Position numbers and translations under genes: made by a program
From: a bacterium
GTDB taxonomy: Bacteria; Fidelibacterota; Marinisomatia; Marinisomatales; JAHJCW01
NCBI GenBank assembly: GCA_030606865.1
Contig: JAUWFQ010000001.1
Coordinates: 1 to 51,106, forward strand
Direction: 5' to 3'
DNA: 51,106 nucleotides
In this document: positions 8,524-17,285 of the stretch, in pieces
Layout: every line of letters starts with the position of its first letter
Numbering within the stretch: the first letter of the stretch is position 1
Notes under the pieces: model-generated
Databases searched by the model: none
The model's input: only the letters and a program-made list of their open reading frames with translations
Told to the model about the DNA's origin: nothing

Positions 8524-9294
8524 TTGAAATTATTGGTGATAAGATTTCTTAAAAATATTAGCAGTTCAATAATTGCGCTTATTATCTGGCCAATTGCTTT
8601 AACAACATTTATAATTTCTGTGGGAATATATTTATTTGCAGCGCTATTTATATCGCCTAAGCGCTTACACCCCTTAGCAAGATTACTTTCTCGTTTTGTG
8701 CTATTGGGTGCGGGACAAATAATTAAAATGGAAGGTAAAATACCTGATCCGAAAAATGGACCATATTTGTATCTATTTAATCATCAATCTTTATTAGACC
8801 AATTTCTGATTGTTGGTATAATAAAAGAATTTGTTTCAGCAGTCGGTGCCGATTATCAATTTTCATGGCCTATTTGGGGTAGGTTAATCAAGCGCTTAGG
8901 TGCAATACCTATAGTACGTACTGATTTGACAAAGGCAATACATAGTTTAACATTAGCCGAAGATGAAATACGAAAAGGAACGTCATTTTTAATTGCTCCT
9001 GAAGGAACCAGAACTCTTACAGGCAAGATGGGTGAATTCAAAAAGGGACTTTTCCATCTATCTTTAAATACGGGAGTTACTATTATCCCAATTGGTTTAA
9101 TTGGTGCTTTTAGAGCAAAAAATAAAGATGACTGGCGTATTTATCCTGGGTGCATTACGGTTAAATTCGGTCAACCGGTTTACCGAACCTATTATAAAAA
9201 GATGTCTGTTAAAGAATTAAGAGATGATATAAGAAACAGGATCGCAGTACTTTGTGAAGATGATTCAATAGTTGAACATAAAAAAAATAGTTAA
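8524..9294 (+). CDS. plsC: 1-acyl-sn-glycerol-3-phosphate acyltransferase family protein
   Basis: Acyltransferase motifs NHQSLLD (HX4D) and APEGTR, with an N-terminal TM segment. It has a TTG start 3 nt after the csaA-like stop. Confidence 0.8.
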   Translation: MKLLVIRFLKNISSSIIALIIWPIALTTFIISVGIYLFAALFISPKRLHPLARLLSRFVLLGAGQIIKMEGKIPDPKNGPYLYLFNHQSLLDQFLIVGIIKEFVSAVGADYQFSWPIWGRLIKRLGAIPIVRTDLTKAIHSLTLAEDEIRKGTSFLIAPEGTRTLTGKMGEFKKGLFHLSLNTGVTIIPIGLIGAFRAKNKDDWRIYPGCITVKFGQPVYRTYYKKMSVKELRDDIRNRIAVLCEDDSIVEHKKNS

Positions 9295-9296
9295 TT

Positions 9297-10778
9297 ATGC
9301 TTTTTAATTCCATCCAATTCATTGTATTCTTTCCCCTCGTAGTATTCTTTTACTTTCTACTGCCACACCGTTTTCGGTGGATGTTGCTTTTAGTCGCCAG
9401 TTACTATTTCTATATGTGCTGGAAAGCTGAGTATTTAATACTTATTTTAGTCTCAACATTGGTCGATTATTTCGCAGCGCTACAGATGTCTAAGCAGTCT
9501 TTGAAATCGAAAAGAAAATTTTACTTGATACTAAGTTTGTTTGTCAATTTAGGACTGCTGTTTGGATTTAAGTATTTCAATTTTTTCAACGACTCTCTGC
9601 GTACAGTATTTGATCATTTTAATATATTTTATAATGTACCTGTATTTAAAGTATTGCTCCCTGTTGGAATATCTTTTTATACATTTCAAACTTTGAGTTA
9701 TACAATTGATGTCTATCGTGGTAAACGAGAACCTGAAAAGCACTTAGGAATATTGGCTCTTTATGTAGCCTTTTTCCCGCAATTAGTAGCCGGACCCATT
9801 GAGAGATCAACTCGCTTATTGCCTCAATTATTGCAAAAGTACAATTTTGATTATGATAGAGTGACTAATGGCTTGAAATTAATGCTGTGGGGATTTTTTA
9901 AGAAGATTGTAATTGCTGATCGGGTTGCGGTTATCGTTAATCAAGTTTACAATAATCCATCTGATGCAGCGGGTTTACCTCTATTGATTGGAACATATCT
10001 TTTTGCATTTCAGATCTATTGTGATTTTTCCGGTTATTCCGATATTGCCATTGGCGCCGCACAAGTTTTTGGTATAAATTTGATGCAAAATTTCCGCCGT
10101 CCCTATTTTGCAAAATCTATTAGGGAGTTTTGGCAAAGATGGCATATATCACTATCAACATGGTTCAGAGATTATTTATATATGTCACTTGGAGGTAGCC
10201 ATACAACTCGTTGGCGATGGTATTACAATATCATAATAGTATTTTTAATCAGCGGTTTATGGCATGGCGCAAATTGGACCTTTATAATTTGGGGTGGATT
10301 ACACGGTTCGTATTATCTGTTTTCATATTGGACACGCAACATTCGTCCTAAACTAACTCAATTATTTATGTTGGATAAAGTGCCAGGCCTTCAGAAGACG
10401 TTGAGAGTTCTGTTTATTTTTCATATAGTCCTGTTTGGTTGGATTTTCTTTAGAGCAAATAATCTTTCCGATGCTATATTCATCATTACACATCTATTTA
10501 CGGGGTTGGGTGATGTACTAAGCAGAATAAGAGAAATTGGTATAACTCCGGGTATTTTTAATTACGGATTTGAATTGCCACCATCAGAAATGTTGATTGG
10601 TATGATTGCAATAATAATTTTAGGAATTCACCATCTTATGCAGAGAAAGCAAACGGTTCGAGCTTGGTTAAATGCTAAACCGATTTGGATTAGATGGACA
10701 GTGTATTATGGTTTGGTGATTAGTATTTTAGTTTTCGGATATATGAAACCAAGTGAATTTATTTATTTCCAATTTTAA
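9297..10778 (+). CDS. MBOAT family O-acyltransferase (AlgI/DltB/PatA-like)
   Basis: 493 aa polytopic protein. It has the conserved FWQRWHISLSTWFRDYLY block and the catalytic-His region SGLWHGANW. Confidence 0.9.
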   Translation: MLFNSIQFIVFFPLVVFFYFLLPHRFRWMLLLVASYYFYMCWKAEYLILILVSTLVDYFAALQMSKQSLKSKRKFYLILSLFVNLGLLFGFKYFNFFNDSLRTVFDHFNIFYNVPVFKVLLPVGISFYTFQTLSYTIDVYRGKREPEKHLGILALYVAFFPQLVAGPIERSTRLLPQLLQKYNFDYDRVTNGLKLMLWGFFKKIVIADRVAVIVNQVYNNPSDAAGLPLLIGTYLFAFQIYCDFSGYSDIAIGAAQVFGINLMQNFRRPYFAKSIREFWQRWHISLSTWFRDYLYMSLGGSHTTRWRWYYNIIIVFLISGLWHGANWTFIIWGGLHGSYYLFSYWTRNIRPKLTQLFMLDKVPGLQKTLRVLFIFHIVLFGWIFFRANNLSDAIFIITHLFTGLGDVLSRIREIGITPGIFNYGFELPPSEMLIGMIAIIILGIHHLMQRKQTVRAWLNAKPIWIRWTVYYGLVISILVFGYMKPSEFIYFQF

Positions 10779-10787
10779 TATTTAGCT

Positions 10788-11753
10788 ATGATAAAATTTT
10801 TTATAAAAACCTTCCTTTTTTGTTTTCCGGTATTTGTATTTATGGCGATACCAAGCCTCACAAAATATATAATGGATGCCGATCTTGAAGCAAAGATAAA
10901 TACTTTTCTTCCTGAAGGAAATACGGTTGAATTAATCATTGCCGGAGATTCGCGAGCAGAAAGGCAGCTAATTCCTTCACTATTTAAGTCAGAGCTTAAT
11001 TTAGAAACCGTAAATATTGCTAAAGACGTTGGAGATGTGATATCATTGCTATACGCAGATAAAAAATATGAATTTACTGACAGCAGTAAAATATTTATTA
11101 TGATCCTTAGTAGCATGCAAACTAATGATGGTGCCTATATAAATTGGTTTATGTCTCAACCTTCGATGACTGAAATCGGTTTTGTAAAGCAGGTTTTATT
11201 ATTTAAATATGATTATATAGAAAACTGGTATCACAGGATGGGTTTAATTTTGGATGATCTTATTAATGATAAACGAGGAGTGTTATTACAGCAAGAGGAT
11301 GTCCGAGTCAAAAACAGTGGCTATTTGCCAATTGATAAGAAATTAGATATTGGAAAATTTACTCCAAAAAGCTTAAATCCCAAAACGACGAGTCATCTTT
11401 GGTATATAAATCCAAATAATGACGGAATAAGAAAAACGGTATTTGAAAAATCTATAGAACAATTTTCAAAAACCGGTGCTAAGATGGTGTTAATTCAGGC
11501 GCCAATAGACCCATTTTGGCGTATTTTTGCCGGTGATAATTATATGCACCGATTAGAATTAGAACATAGCATGTTGTTGATTGAATTAGCGGCACAATAT
11601 AAAAATGTTTGGGCAATTGATTTTTACACCAAACAACCGAGCATATTTACTGATGATTTGTTTTATAACGCCACACATCTTAATAAAACAGGTGCCGTAA
11701 CATTAACCAAAGCAGTAATTGACTCTTTACGTTCAAAGGGGATAGTTGATTAA
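10788..11753 (+). CDS. SGNH/GDSL-like periplasmic partner of the MBOAT protein (AlgJ/AlgX/DltD/PatB-like role, family not identified)
   Basis: N-terminal TM or signal anchor, a block-I-like IIAGDSRAE motif and a C-terminal NATHLN motif. It lies 9 nt after the MBOAT gene. The call rests on motifs plus position only. Confidence 0.5.
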   Translation: MIKFFIKTFLFCFPVFVFMAIPSLTKYIMDADLEAKINTFLPEGNTVELIIAGDSRAERQLIPSLFKSELNLETVNIAKDVGDVISLLYADKKYEFTDSSKIFIMILSSMQTNDGAYINWFMSQPSMTEIGFVKQVLLFKYDYIENWYHRMGLILDDLINDKRGVLLQQEDVRVKNSGYLPIDKKLDIGKFTPKSLNPKTTSHLWYINPNNDGIRKTVFEKSIEQFSKTGAKMVLIQAPIDPFWRIFAGDNYMHRLELEHSMLLIELAAQYKNVWAIDFYTKQPSIFTDDLFYNATHLNKTGAVTLTKAVIDSLRSKGIVD

Positions 11754-12430
11754 TGTTATATCTATTTGATATTGACGGTACACTAATTTCACCGGGACCT
11801 TCCGCTCGTAAAGCGATCAACCAAGCAATTGAAAATTTTACCGGTGTTCCACCAAATTTACAGATCAAAGACGTTGCCGGACTTACCGATAGGTTAATAG
11901 TTAGAAACGCCTTGGAAAAATGTGGAACAGATGGCAATATAACTGAAGTCATTACTGATATTATTAATGATTATTTGACAATATTTGAAAATACCTATTT
12001 TGAATCGAAGGAGGCATTTGTGTATGAAGATGCTTTGCATCTCGTCCATAAAGTTAAAGGAAATGGCTTAGCCTTAGCATTACTTACAGGAAATGTAAAA
12101 CGTGGTGCTCAAATTAAATTAGGACGTTTTGATTTGATGAAGCATTTTTCATTTGGTGCTTTTGGCGATGAATGTGAAACACGTAATGATTTACCGATTG
12201 TAGCGCGAAATCGTGCAAAGGAAGTATTAGCCAAAACATATGAATTTGATGAAATAGTGTTAGTTGGTGACACGCCTAAAGATGCGATTGCCGCAAAAGT
12301 TAATGGATGTAAATCGATAATCGTTTGTCGGCGACAAGAATGGTATGACGACATTGTAAAAGCCGGCGCGGATTTGATTGTAGAAAGTTTGGATGATCCT
12401 GTGATAAAGACATTTATGCTATCAAGGTAG
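11753..12430 (+). CDS. HAD-superfamily hydrolase (phosphoglycolate phosphatase-like)
   Basis: HAD motif I LFDIDGTL, motif II LLTGN and motif IV VGDTPKD. The start overlaps the previous stop (TAATG). Confidence 0.8.
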   Translation: MLYLFDIDGTLISPGPSARKAINQAIENFTGVPPNLQIKDVAGLTDRLIVRNALEKCGTDGNITEVITDIINDYLTIFENTYFESKEAFVYEDALHLVHKVKGNGLALALLTGNVKRGAQIKLGRFDLMKHFSFGAFGDECETRNDLPIVARNRAKEVLAKTYEFDEIVLVGDTPKDAIAAKVNGCKSIIVCRRQEWYDDIVKAGADLIVESLDDPVIKTFMLSR

Positions 12431-12454
12431 GGACAGGTCGCGACCTGTCCCTAC
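12427..12454. terminator. 28-nt perfect palindrome GTAGGGACAGGTCGCGACCTGTCCCTAC between convergent genes (candidate bidirectional terminator)
   Basis: The two 14-nt arms are exact reverse complements. The TAG stop of the HAD gene (12428-12430) and the TAG stop of the FGGY kinase gene (complement of 12451-12453) both lie inside the arms. Confidence 0.6.
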
Positions 12455-13920
12455 TGTTTAATGATTTTTTCAAGTGCAATTCGCCAATTCTTTAATTTCT
12501 CCTCACGAATTGTGTTATCCATTTTTGGTGTAAATATTTTATCACATTCTACTGATTCATTCGCAATAAATTTATTATCCGACAATCTCAGCAATTTATA
12601 AACACCTAGAGCAGTGCGGTCTTTTAAAGTAGTATGACAAATTTTTATTTGTAGAAGATCAGCAATGAATTGCAGTAGCGGATCTCTGGCGCCACCACCA
12701 CTTACAGTTATTAAATTCGGTTTCAGTTTAGTTTTATCAGCAATTGATTTGTAAATATCATGTACTAAAAATCCAATTGTTTCCATACCTGCTCTGATGA
12801 TTTCATCGTGCGAAGCGCCGTCTAACTTATGATAAATGGTCTTGAATCCATCAATCCAATATGGTGCTGCTATGCCGACAAATCCTGGAATTAAAACACC
12901 TTTTGTGGTCGATTTTTCGCAGCGTTTATCCCAGCACATTTTATTGTGCGGAATGTTTAATTCGCCCTCAAGCCAATAAAATAGCGAACTGCTTGCGCTG
13001 ATTGTCCCCTCTAGCAAATAATTGCGTGTTGATGTTGTTGAGTATAACACGTTACTCAATAATCCCGACACTCGATTTGGCTCAGTGCCGGAGTTATATT
13101 GAACTGAACCGGATGTGCCAAAATTCATCGCAAGCGTTCCAGATGTGCTCCCACCCTGCCCGAGTAAAGCTGCTTGTTGGTCGCCGATAACACAATTCAA
13201 CGGAATTTGAACATCATCAATTTCCACTAAACCAAAATTGTGAACGGTAGGTTTGAGTGACGGCAGACAAGTTATTGGAATACCGAAAAGCGAACACAAT
13301 TCGTTGTCCCAAACTAATTTATCAAGATTCATAAGCAGTGAGCGCCCAGCGATTGATTCATCCACAGAAGGAGTGCCGGTGAAAGAGTGTGTTAGATAAA
13401 CGCTTAATGGACCAAACCACAGCTTGTCATTTTCTGCCTTATGTTTTAAGACGCTATCGTGTTTTGTAAAGTGGATGTATTTGGGAGCTCCAAAATGTGC
13501 GCTAAGCGGAACTCCGGTAATCTCTTGAATTTTATTACCATGTTTGGTAAAAGCTTCGGATTCTTTTTGAGCACGGCTATCTTGCCAGCTTATTGCTTGC
13601 GTATAATGTTTTAAATTTTGCTTATCCCAAAATAAAAATGTTGAGCGTTGTACCGCCATTCCCATACTAATGATTTTACCATTTTCATTTTTAGCATAAC
13701 TAATTGCCGATGAAATCAACTTAGTGCAAGCGTTTAGAATGTCTATCGGATTGCTTTCTACATGATGTTCATGCGGACGATGAAGATGATGCCTTTCCCG
13801 ATCAGAAAAAATTATATTCTGCTCTTCATTAAATAAAAATATTTTAGATGAGGATGTTCCTTGATCTAATACTAAATAAAATAGATTTATTGTTTTAGTC
13901 ACATTAGAATTTATTAACAT
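12451..13920 (-). CDS. FGGY-family carbohydrate kinase (glycerol kinase-like)
   Basis: N-terminal ASKHA phosphate-1 motif LVLDQGTSSSK, a length of 489 aa and a C-terminal SGGGARDPLLQFIADL block typical of FGGY kinases. Confidence 0.85.
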   Translation of the reverse strand: MLINSNVTKTINLFYLVLDQGTSSSKIFLFNEEQNIIFSDRERHHLHRPHEHHVESNPIDILNACTKLISSAISYAKNENGKIISMGMAVQRSTFLFWDKQNLKHYTQAISWQDSRAQKESEAFTKHGNKIQEITGVPLSAHFGAPKYIHFTKHDSVLKHKAENDKLWFGPLSVYLTHSFTGTPSVDESIAGRSLLMNLDKLVWDNELCSLFGIPITCLPSLKPTVHNFGLVEIDDVQIPLNCVIGDQQAALLGQGGSTSGTLAMNFGTSGSVQYNSGTEPNRVSGLLSNVLYSTTSTRNYLLEGTISASSSLFYWLEGELNIPHNKMCWDKRCEKSTTKGVLIPGFVGIAAPYWIDGFKTIYHKLDGASHDEIIRAGMETIGFLVHDIYKSIADKTKLKPNLITVSGGGARDPLLQFIADLLQIKICHTTLKDRTALGVYKLLRLSDNKFIANESVECDKIFTPKMDNTIREEKLKNWRIALEKIIKQ

Positions 13921-14002
13921 TAGTATAATTATTATGTTTTAAAAATTAAGATTAAATTTATGAAGTGTTAATTTTGTAAAAATATAAGTGATAGGCAGTT
14001 AA

Positions 14003-15028
14003 ATGGAAGAACGAATATTCTATCGATTTCATACATGCTTTAATAAACTAAGATTCAAAATTGGTAATAAACTAACGGTTCTGTTTGCTACTGTTTTCCT
14101 TTTCTCCGGTTGTTCGTTAGATAACTCCAATACTTCCGATACAGTGCTGGAGCATGATAAAAGATACGGCATTTATTGTATGGATATAGTCACTGGGGTT
14201 GTTGAGCTAATATACAGTTCGGACAATTCACTCGGGAGGGTTCACGAAAATCATACAGGAACAAAGCTTATCTTTCAGGAAAACTTCGGGGACGATATCT
14301 TTCATGACAGTGAGATCTGTCTTATTAACACTAATGGATCAGGATATAGACGGATTACAGACAACACTTGGTTGGATGCATACCCATCCTGGTCTCCCGA
14401 AGGTACTAAAATACTTTTCCTTTCCTGGTCGGATTATCCAGACAATACGTTAGATATCTTCGTGATGGATTCCAACGGCACAAACCCGTTAGAACTCTAT
14501 GATTCAGGGTACCACGACGCTGATTGTTCCTGGGTGGGCTCACAGATTGTATTTACAAGGGAAAGCCGGATTTGGATTATGGATGACAATGGTACCAACG
14601 CGAGACAAGTAACTGATTATGAGCATGCCGGTCAGCAAGGAAACGCCAACCTTCCATTTGGAGACTACGATCCCCGCCTAAATCCTTCCGGTACAGTAAT
14701 CTGTTTCGACAGAATGGTTGATGATCAATCCACTAGTGGGAGCTATGACTTTTACACAATAAACACCAATGGTACCGAAGAGACCGCCATAACCAACACC
14801 GGCTGGCAGCAGTTCATGGCGGAGTGGTCACATGCGGGTGATCTGCTTCTATTTATGGTAGCGGCTAAGGGCGGAGGGGGTATCTACGATTTGTACACAA
14901 TGAATCCCGACGGCTCGGATGTAACAAATATAACACCTGCGGATTGGCCCTCTGAATTTCTTTGTTCCCATGGGATCTTTTCATACGATGACTCAAAGAT
15001 CTACTTTGTAGGCGAATGGTGGGAATGA
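14003..15028 (+). CDS. PD40/TolB-like beta-propeller repeat lipoprotein
   Basis: Lipobox-like FLFSGCS after a hydrophobic leader. There are repeated PD40-type blocks (DAYPSWSPEGTKILFLS, DADCSWVGSQIVFT, DYDPRLNPSGTVICFD, EWSHAGDLLLFM) and recurring NGT/DGS turns. It is visibly G+C-richer than its surroundings. Confidence 0.7.
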   Translation: MEERIFYRFHTCFNKLRFKIGNKLTVLFATVFLFSGCSLDNSNTSDTVLEHDKRYGIYCMDIVTGVVELIYSSDNSLGRVHENHTGTKLIFQENFGDDIFHDSEICLINTNGSGYRRITDNTWLDAYPSWSPEGTKILFLSWSDYPDNTLDIFVMDSNGTNPLELYDSGYHDADCSWVGSQIVFTRESRIWIMDDNGTNARQVTDYEHAGQQGNANLPFGDYDPRLNPSGTVICFDRMVDDQSTSGSYDFYTINTNGTEETAITNTGWQQFMAEWSHAGDLLLFMVAAKGGGGIYDLYTMNPDGSDVTNITPADWPSEFLCSHGIFSYDDSKIYFVGEWWE

Positions 15029-15094
15029 GAAGTTCCTTGGTCTAAATACTAAATGAAATGTATCATTGTGTTAATAATTAGATAGAAAGATATT

Positions 15095-15874
15095 ATGGAC
15101 AAAGAAAAAATAGGCACAGCAACTATTAGTAGTTTTACAGGATTTCACCGTATTATCGAGGAAAACCGGGCTGCAATGTACCGTGGCGTAAGTAATGCCA
15201 GCTTCGAATTAATACCAAAAGTTGGAAGAGGTTGGAAAATGAGTAAAAAATTCTTAAAGCATACAGAAAAATCATTACTCAAGGAATTTAAAATAAGAGC
15301 GCGAAGGCATATCCCAAGTACACCACCTACTGACTTGGAGTGGCTTGCAATTTGTCAACATTATGGTGCTTCAACTCGTTTACTTGATTGGACTAAAAAT
15401 CCGCTAGTTGCACTCTATTTTGCATCAAAAGGGCATCCATATCGTAATGGTGCAGTTTACATTTCATTTGGATTAAATCGAGCGGGAAAAAACGAATACA
15501 AGAATCCATTTGATATCGAAAATAATTATTTATGGGAACCCGAACATATAACTGAGAGATTTTCAACACAATCAGGTATATTTACACTTTCCGCTGACCC
15601 GCGTAAGCCAATATACGAAAATGTGTTTTTTAAGATAATAGTACGATCATCATCTAAAGATAGGATACTAGCATCACTATTAATGTATGGAGTTAACCAA
15701 GCCAATTTATTCCCCGGATTAAGCGGAATAGCTCAATTTGTTAATAGAGAGGTAGATGAATATGCAAAAATCAATGATGAAGAAATTATTAGAAAAGTTT
15801 TAAAGGAACGCCTACATTATATGAAGAATATGAGTCCAATTAATAGTAAATATATTGAAGAAACCGAACAATGA
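15095..15874 (+). CDS. FRG domain-containing protein (second, divergent copy)
   Basis: YRGVSNASFEL motif, the ICQHYGASTRLLDWTKNPLVALYFA block and a C-terminal LFPGLSG motif. The motif order matches the 4436-5329 protein, but the two sequences are very divergent. Confidence 0.8.
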   Translation: MDKEKIGTATISSFTGFHRIIEENRAAMYRGVSNASFELIPKVGRGWKMSKKFLKHTEKSLLKEFKIRARRHIPSTPPTDLEWLAICQHYGASTRLLDWTKNPLVALYFASKGHPYRNGAVYISFGLNRAGKNEYKNPFDIENNYLWEPEHITERFSTQSGIFTLSADPRKPIYENVFFKIIVRSSSKDRILASLLMYGVNQANLFPGLSGIAQFVNREVDEYAKINDEEIIRKVLKERLHYMKNMSPINSKYIEETEQ

Positions 15875-15949
15875 AAAGAGATAGTGGGCAATAAAAATGG
15901 CAACCGAAAATATTAAGTACAAGTTTAATAAATTAGGTTTAGTAATATT

Positions 15950-17164
15950 TTATTGTAATGTCCGCAATCGTTGATTCATAAACCCCACTATCCCGCAAAG
16001 CGCCGCACCAATTCCGATAAATAAGAATATAATTTTAATATCAATATAATTAGCGGCAATTCCTACCACGGCAGCAGATAAGGCTGTAACACCAATAACT
16101 GACAGATGAACTAAGGAAAACAAACGACCATGATACTCGTTCGGTGAATGTTTTTGTATGATTGCCGTGCGGGAAATGGTAATCATTGGAATACCAAAAG
16201 CATGTATAATAATAAATATTAAAACAAAGTTTACTGATCCGGCAAAGTACATAAGTGAATAGGTTACACCGTCAAGAATCATTCCGATCAATAATAATTT
16301 TCCAATATTTATACGATTTCCAATACGGTAAACAAAAACGGATCCTATCAACATTCCGAATGCTAAACCGGCTTCAACAAAAGCATATTGGCTGGCTGTA
16401 CCACCGAGAGCGGTTTTTACGAGGATTAACATTCCTACAAAAGCCGGACCCATTATAAAAAAATTGTTAATAATGGTTAAGATAAAAAGCATCCCGAGTG
16501 GTTTATGCTTTGCTGCATATTGTATTCCGCTGAATATTTCTTTAATGGAGCTATGTGGATTATCGGCTGATTTTGTTTTAGGAGGCAAAACTATAAAAAG
16601 TAGAATTAAAATAGCAACGATGAAGGAAGTGCTATCGATTACAAATAAATATGGTATTGAAACGATACTTAAAATTAATCCCGCCCCTAGCGGACCGATT
16701 AAATACGCTAATTGACTTGATGTTGCTAAAATCGAATTGACTTTTACTAGACGATCTTTGGATGTGATCATCGGAACTATCGCATTGAGAGCCGGTGGGA
16801 AGAATGTGCTAAAACTTGCTCTTATGAAAGCAAAAAATCCGATAAGTAACATATTATTATAGCCGAAATACAGAAACAGTGGTATGATAATAACAGTCAG
16901 AGATTGACTGAGATTTGAGAAGATCATGATTAGTTTGCGGTTATATTTATCGGCGATAACGCCGGCATATAAGCCGAATAACATCGCTGGCAGGAAAGCT
17001 GCCATTGCGACCAAACCGGTGATCGTTGAAGAACCGGTTATGTCCAGTACTAACCAAAACAGTGCAATTTGATAAATCGCATCGCCTGCGGTAGAAACAA
17101 TCTGCGCTAACCAAAGTAAACTGATATTTCTTTGTTGCTGTTGCATTTTATTATAATAATACAC
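15950..17164 (-). CDS. MFS transporter (EntS/MFS_3-like)
   Basis: 404 aa with about 12 hydrophobic segments and the loop 2-3 motif GVIADKYNRK, typical of MFS. An alternative start at an internal Met is possible. Confidence 0.8.
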   Translation of the reverse strand: MYYYNKMQQQQRNISLLWLAQIVSTAGDAIYQIALFWLVLDITGSSTITGLVAMAAFLPAMLFGLYAGVIADKYNRKLIMIFSNLSQSLTVIIIPLFLYFGYNNMLLIGFFAFIRASFSTFFPPALNAIVPMITSKDRLVKVNSILATSSQLAYLIGPLGAGLILSIVSIPYLFVIDSTSFIVAILILLFIVLPPKTKSADNPHSSIKEIFSGIQYAAKHKPLGMLFILTIINNFFIMGPAFVGMLILVKTALGGTASQYAFVEAGLAFGMLIGSVFVYRIGNRINIGKLLLIGMILDGVTYSLMYFAGSVNFVLIFIIIHAFGIPMITISRTAIIQKHSPNEYHGRLFSLVHLSVIGVTALSAAVVGIAANYIDIKIIFLFIGIGAALCGIVGFMNQRLRTLQ

Positions 17165-17223
17165 AAGAAATTACACTAAAAGGATTTCCATAATTTATAT
17201 ATAAAATTGTAATTTTAGAATAG

Positions 17224-17247
17224 AACTACAGTATATATTTTGTAGTT
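17224..17247 (+). promoter_or_regulatory. inverted repeat AACTACA-N10-TGTAGTT upstream of the ferredoxin gene (candidate operator)
   Basis: Perfect 7-nt arms at 17224-17230 and 17241-17247, ending 39 nt upstream of the ferredoxin ATG. It sits in the AT-rich 121-nt divergent intergenic region. Confidence 0.25.
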
Positions 17248-17285
17248 TATTATTATTAACAAGATTTAACAATTAGGAGATTAGA

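Noticed and set aside
13921-15949. Search for direct repeats or att-like sites flanking the PD40 + FRG insertion candidate
   Set aside because: I found only a vague resemblance (GATAGGCAG versus GATAGTGGGCAA) between the 13921-14002 and 15875-15949 spacers. No integrase, tRNA or IS remnant is present. The island boundaries therefore remain undefined.
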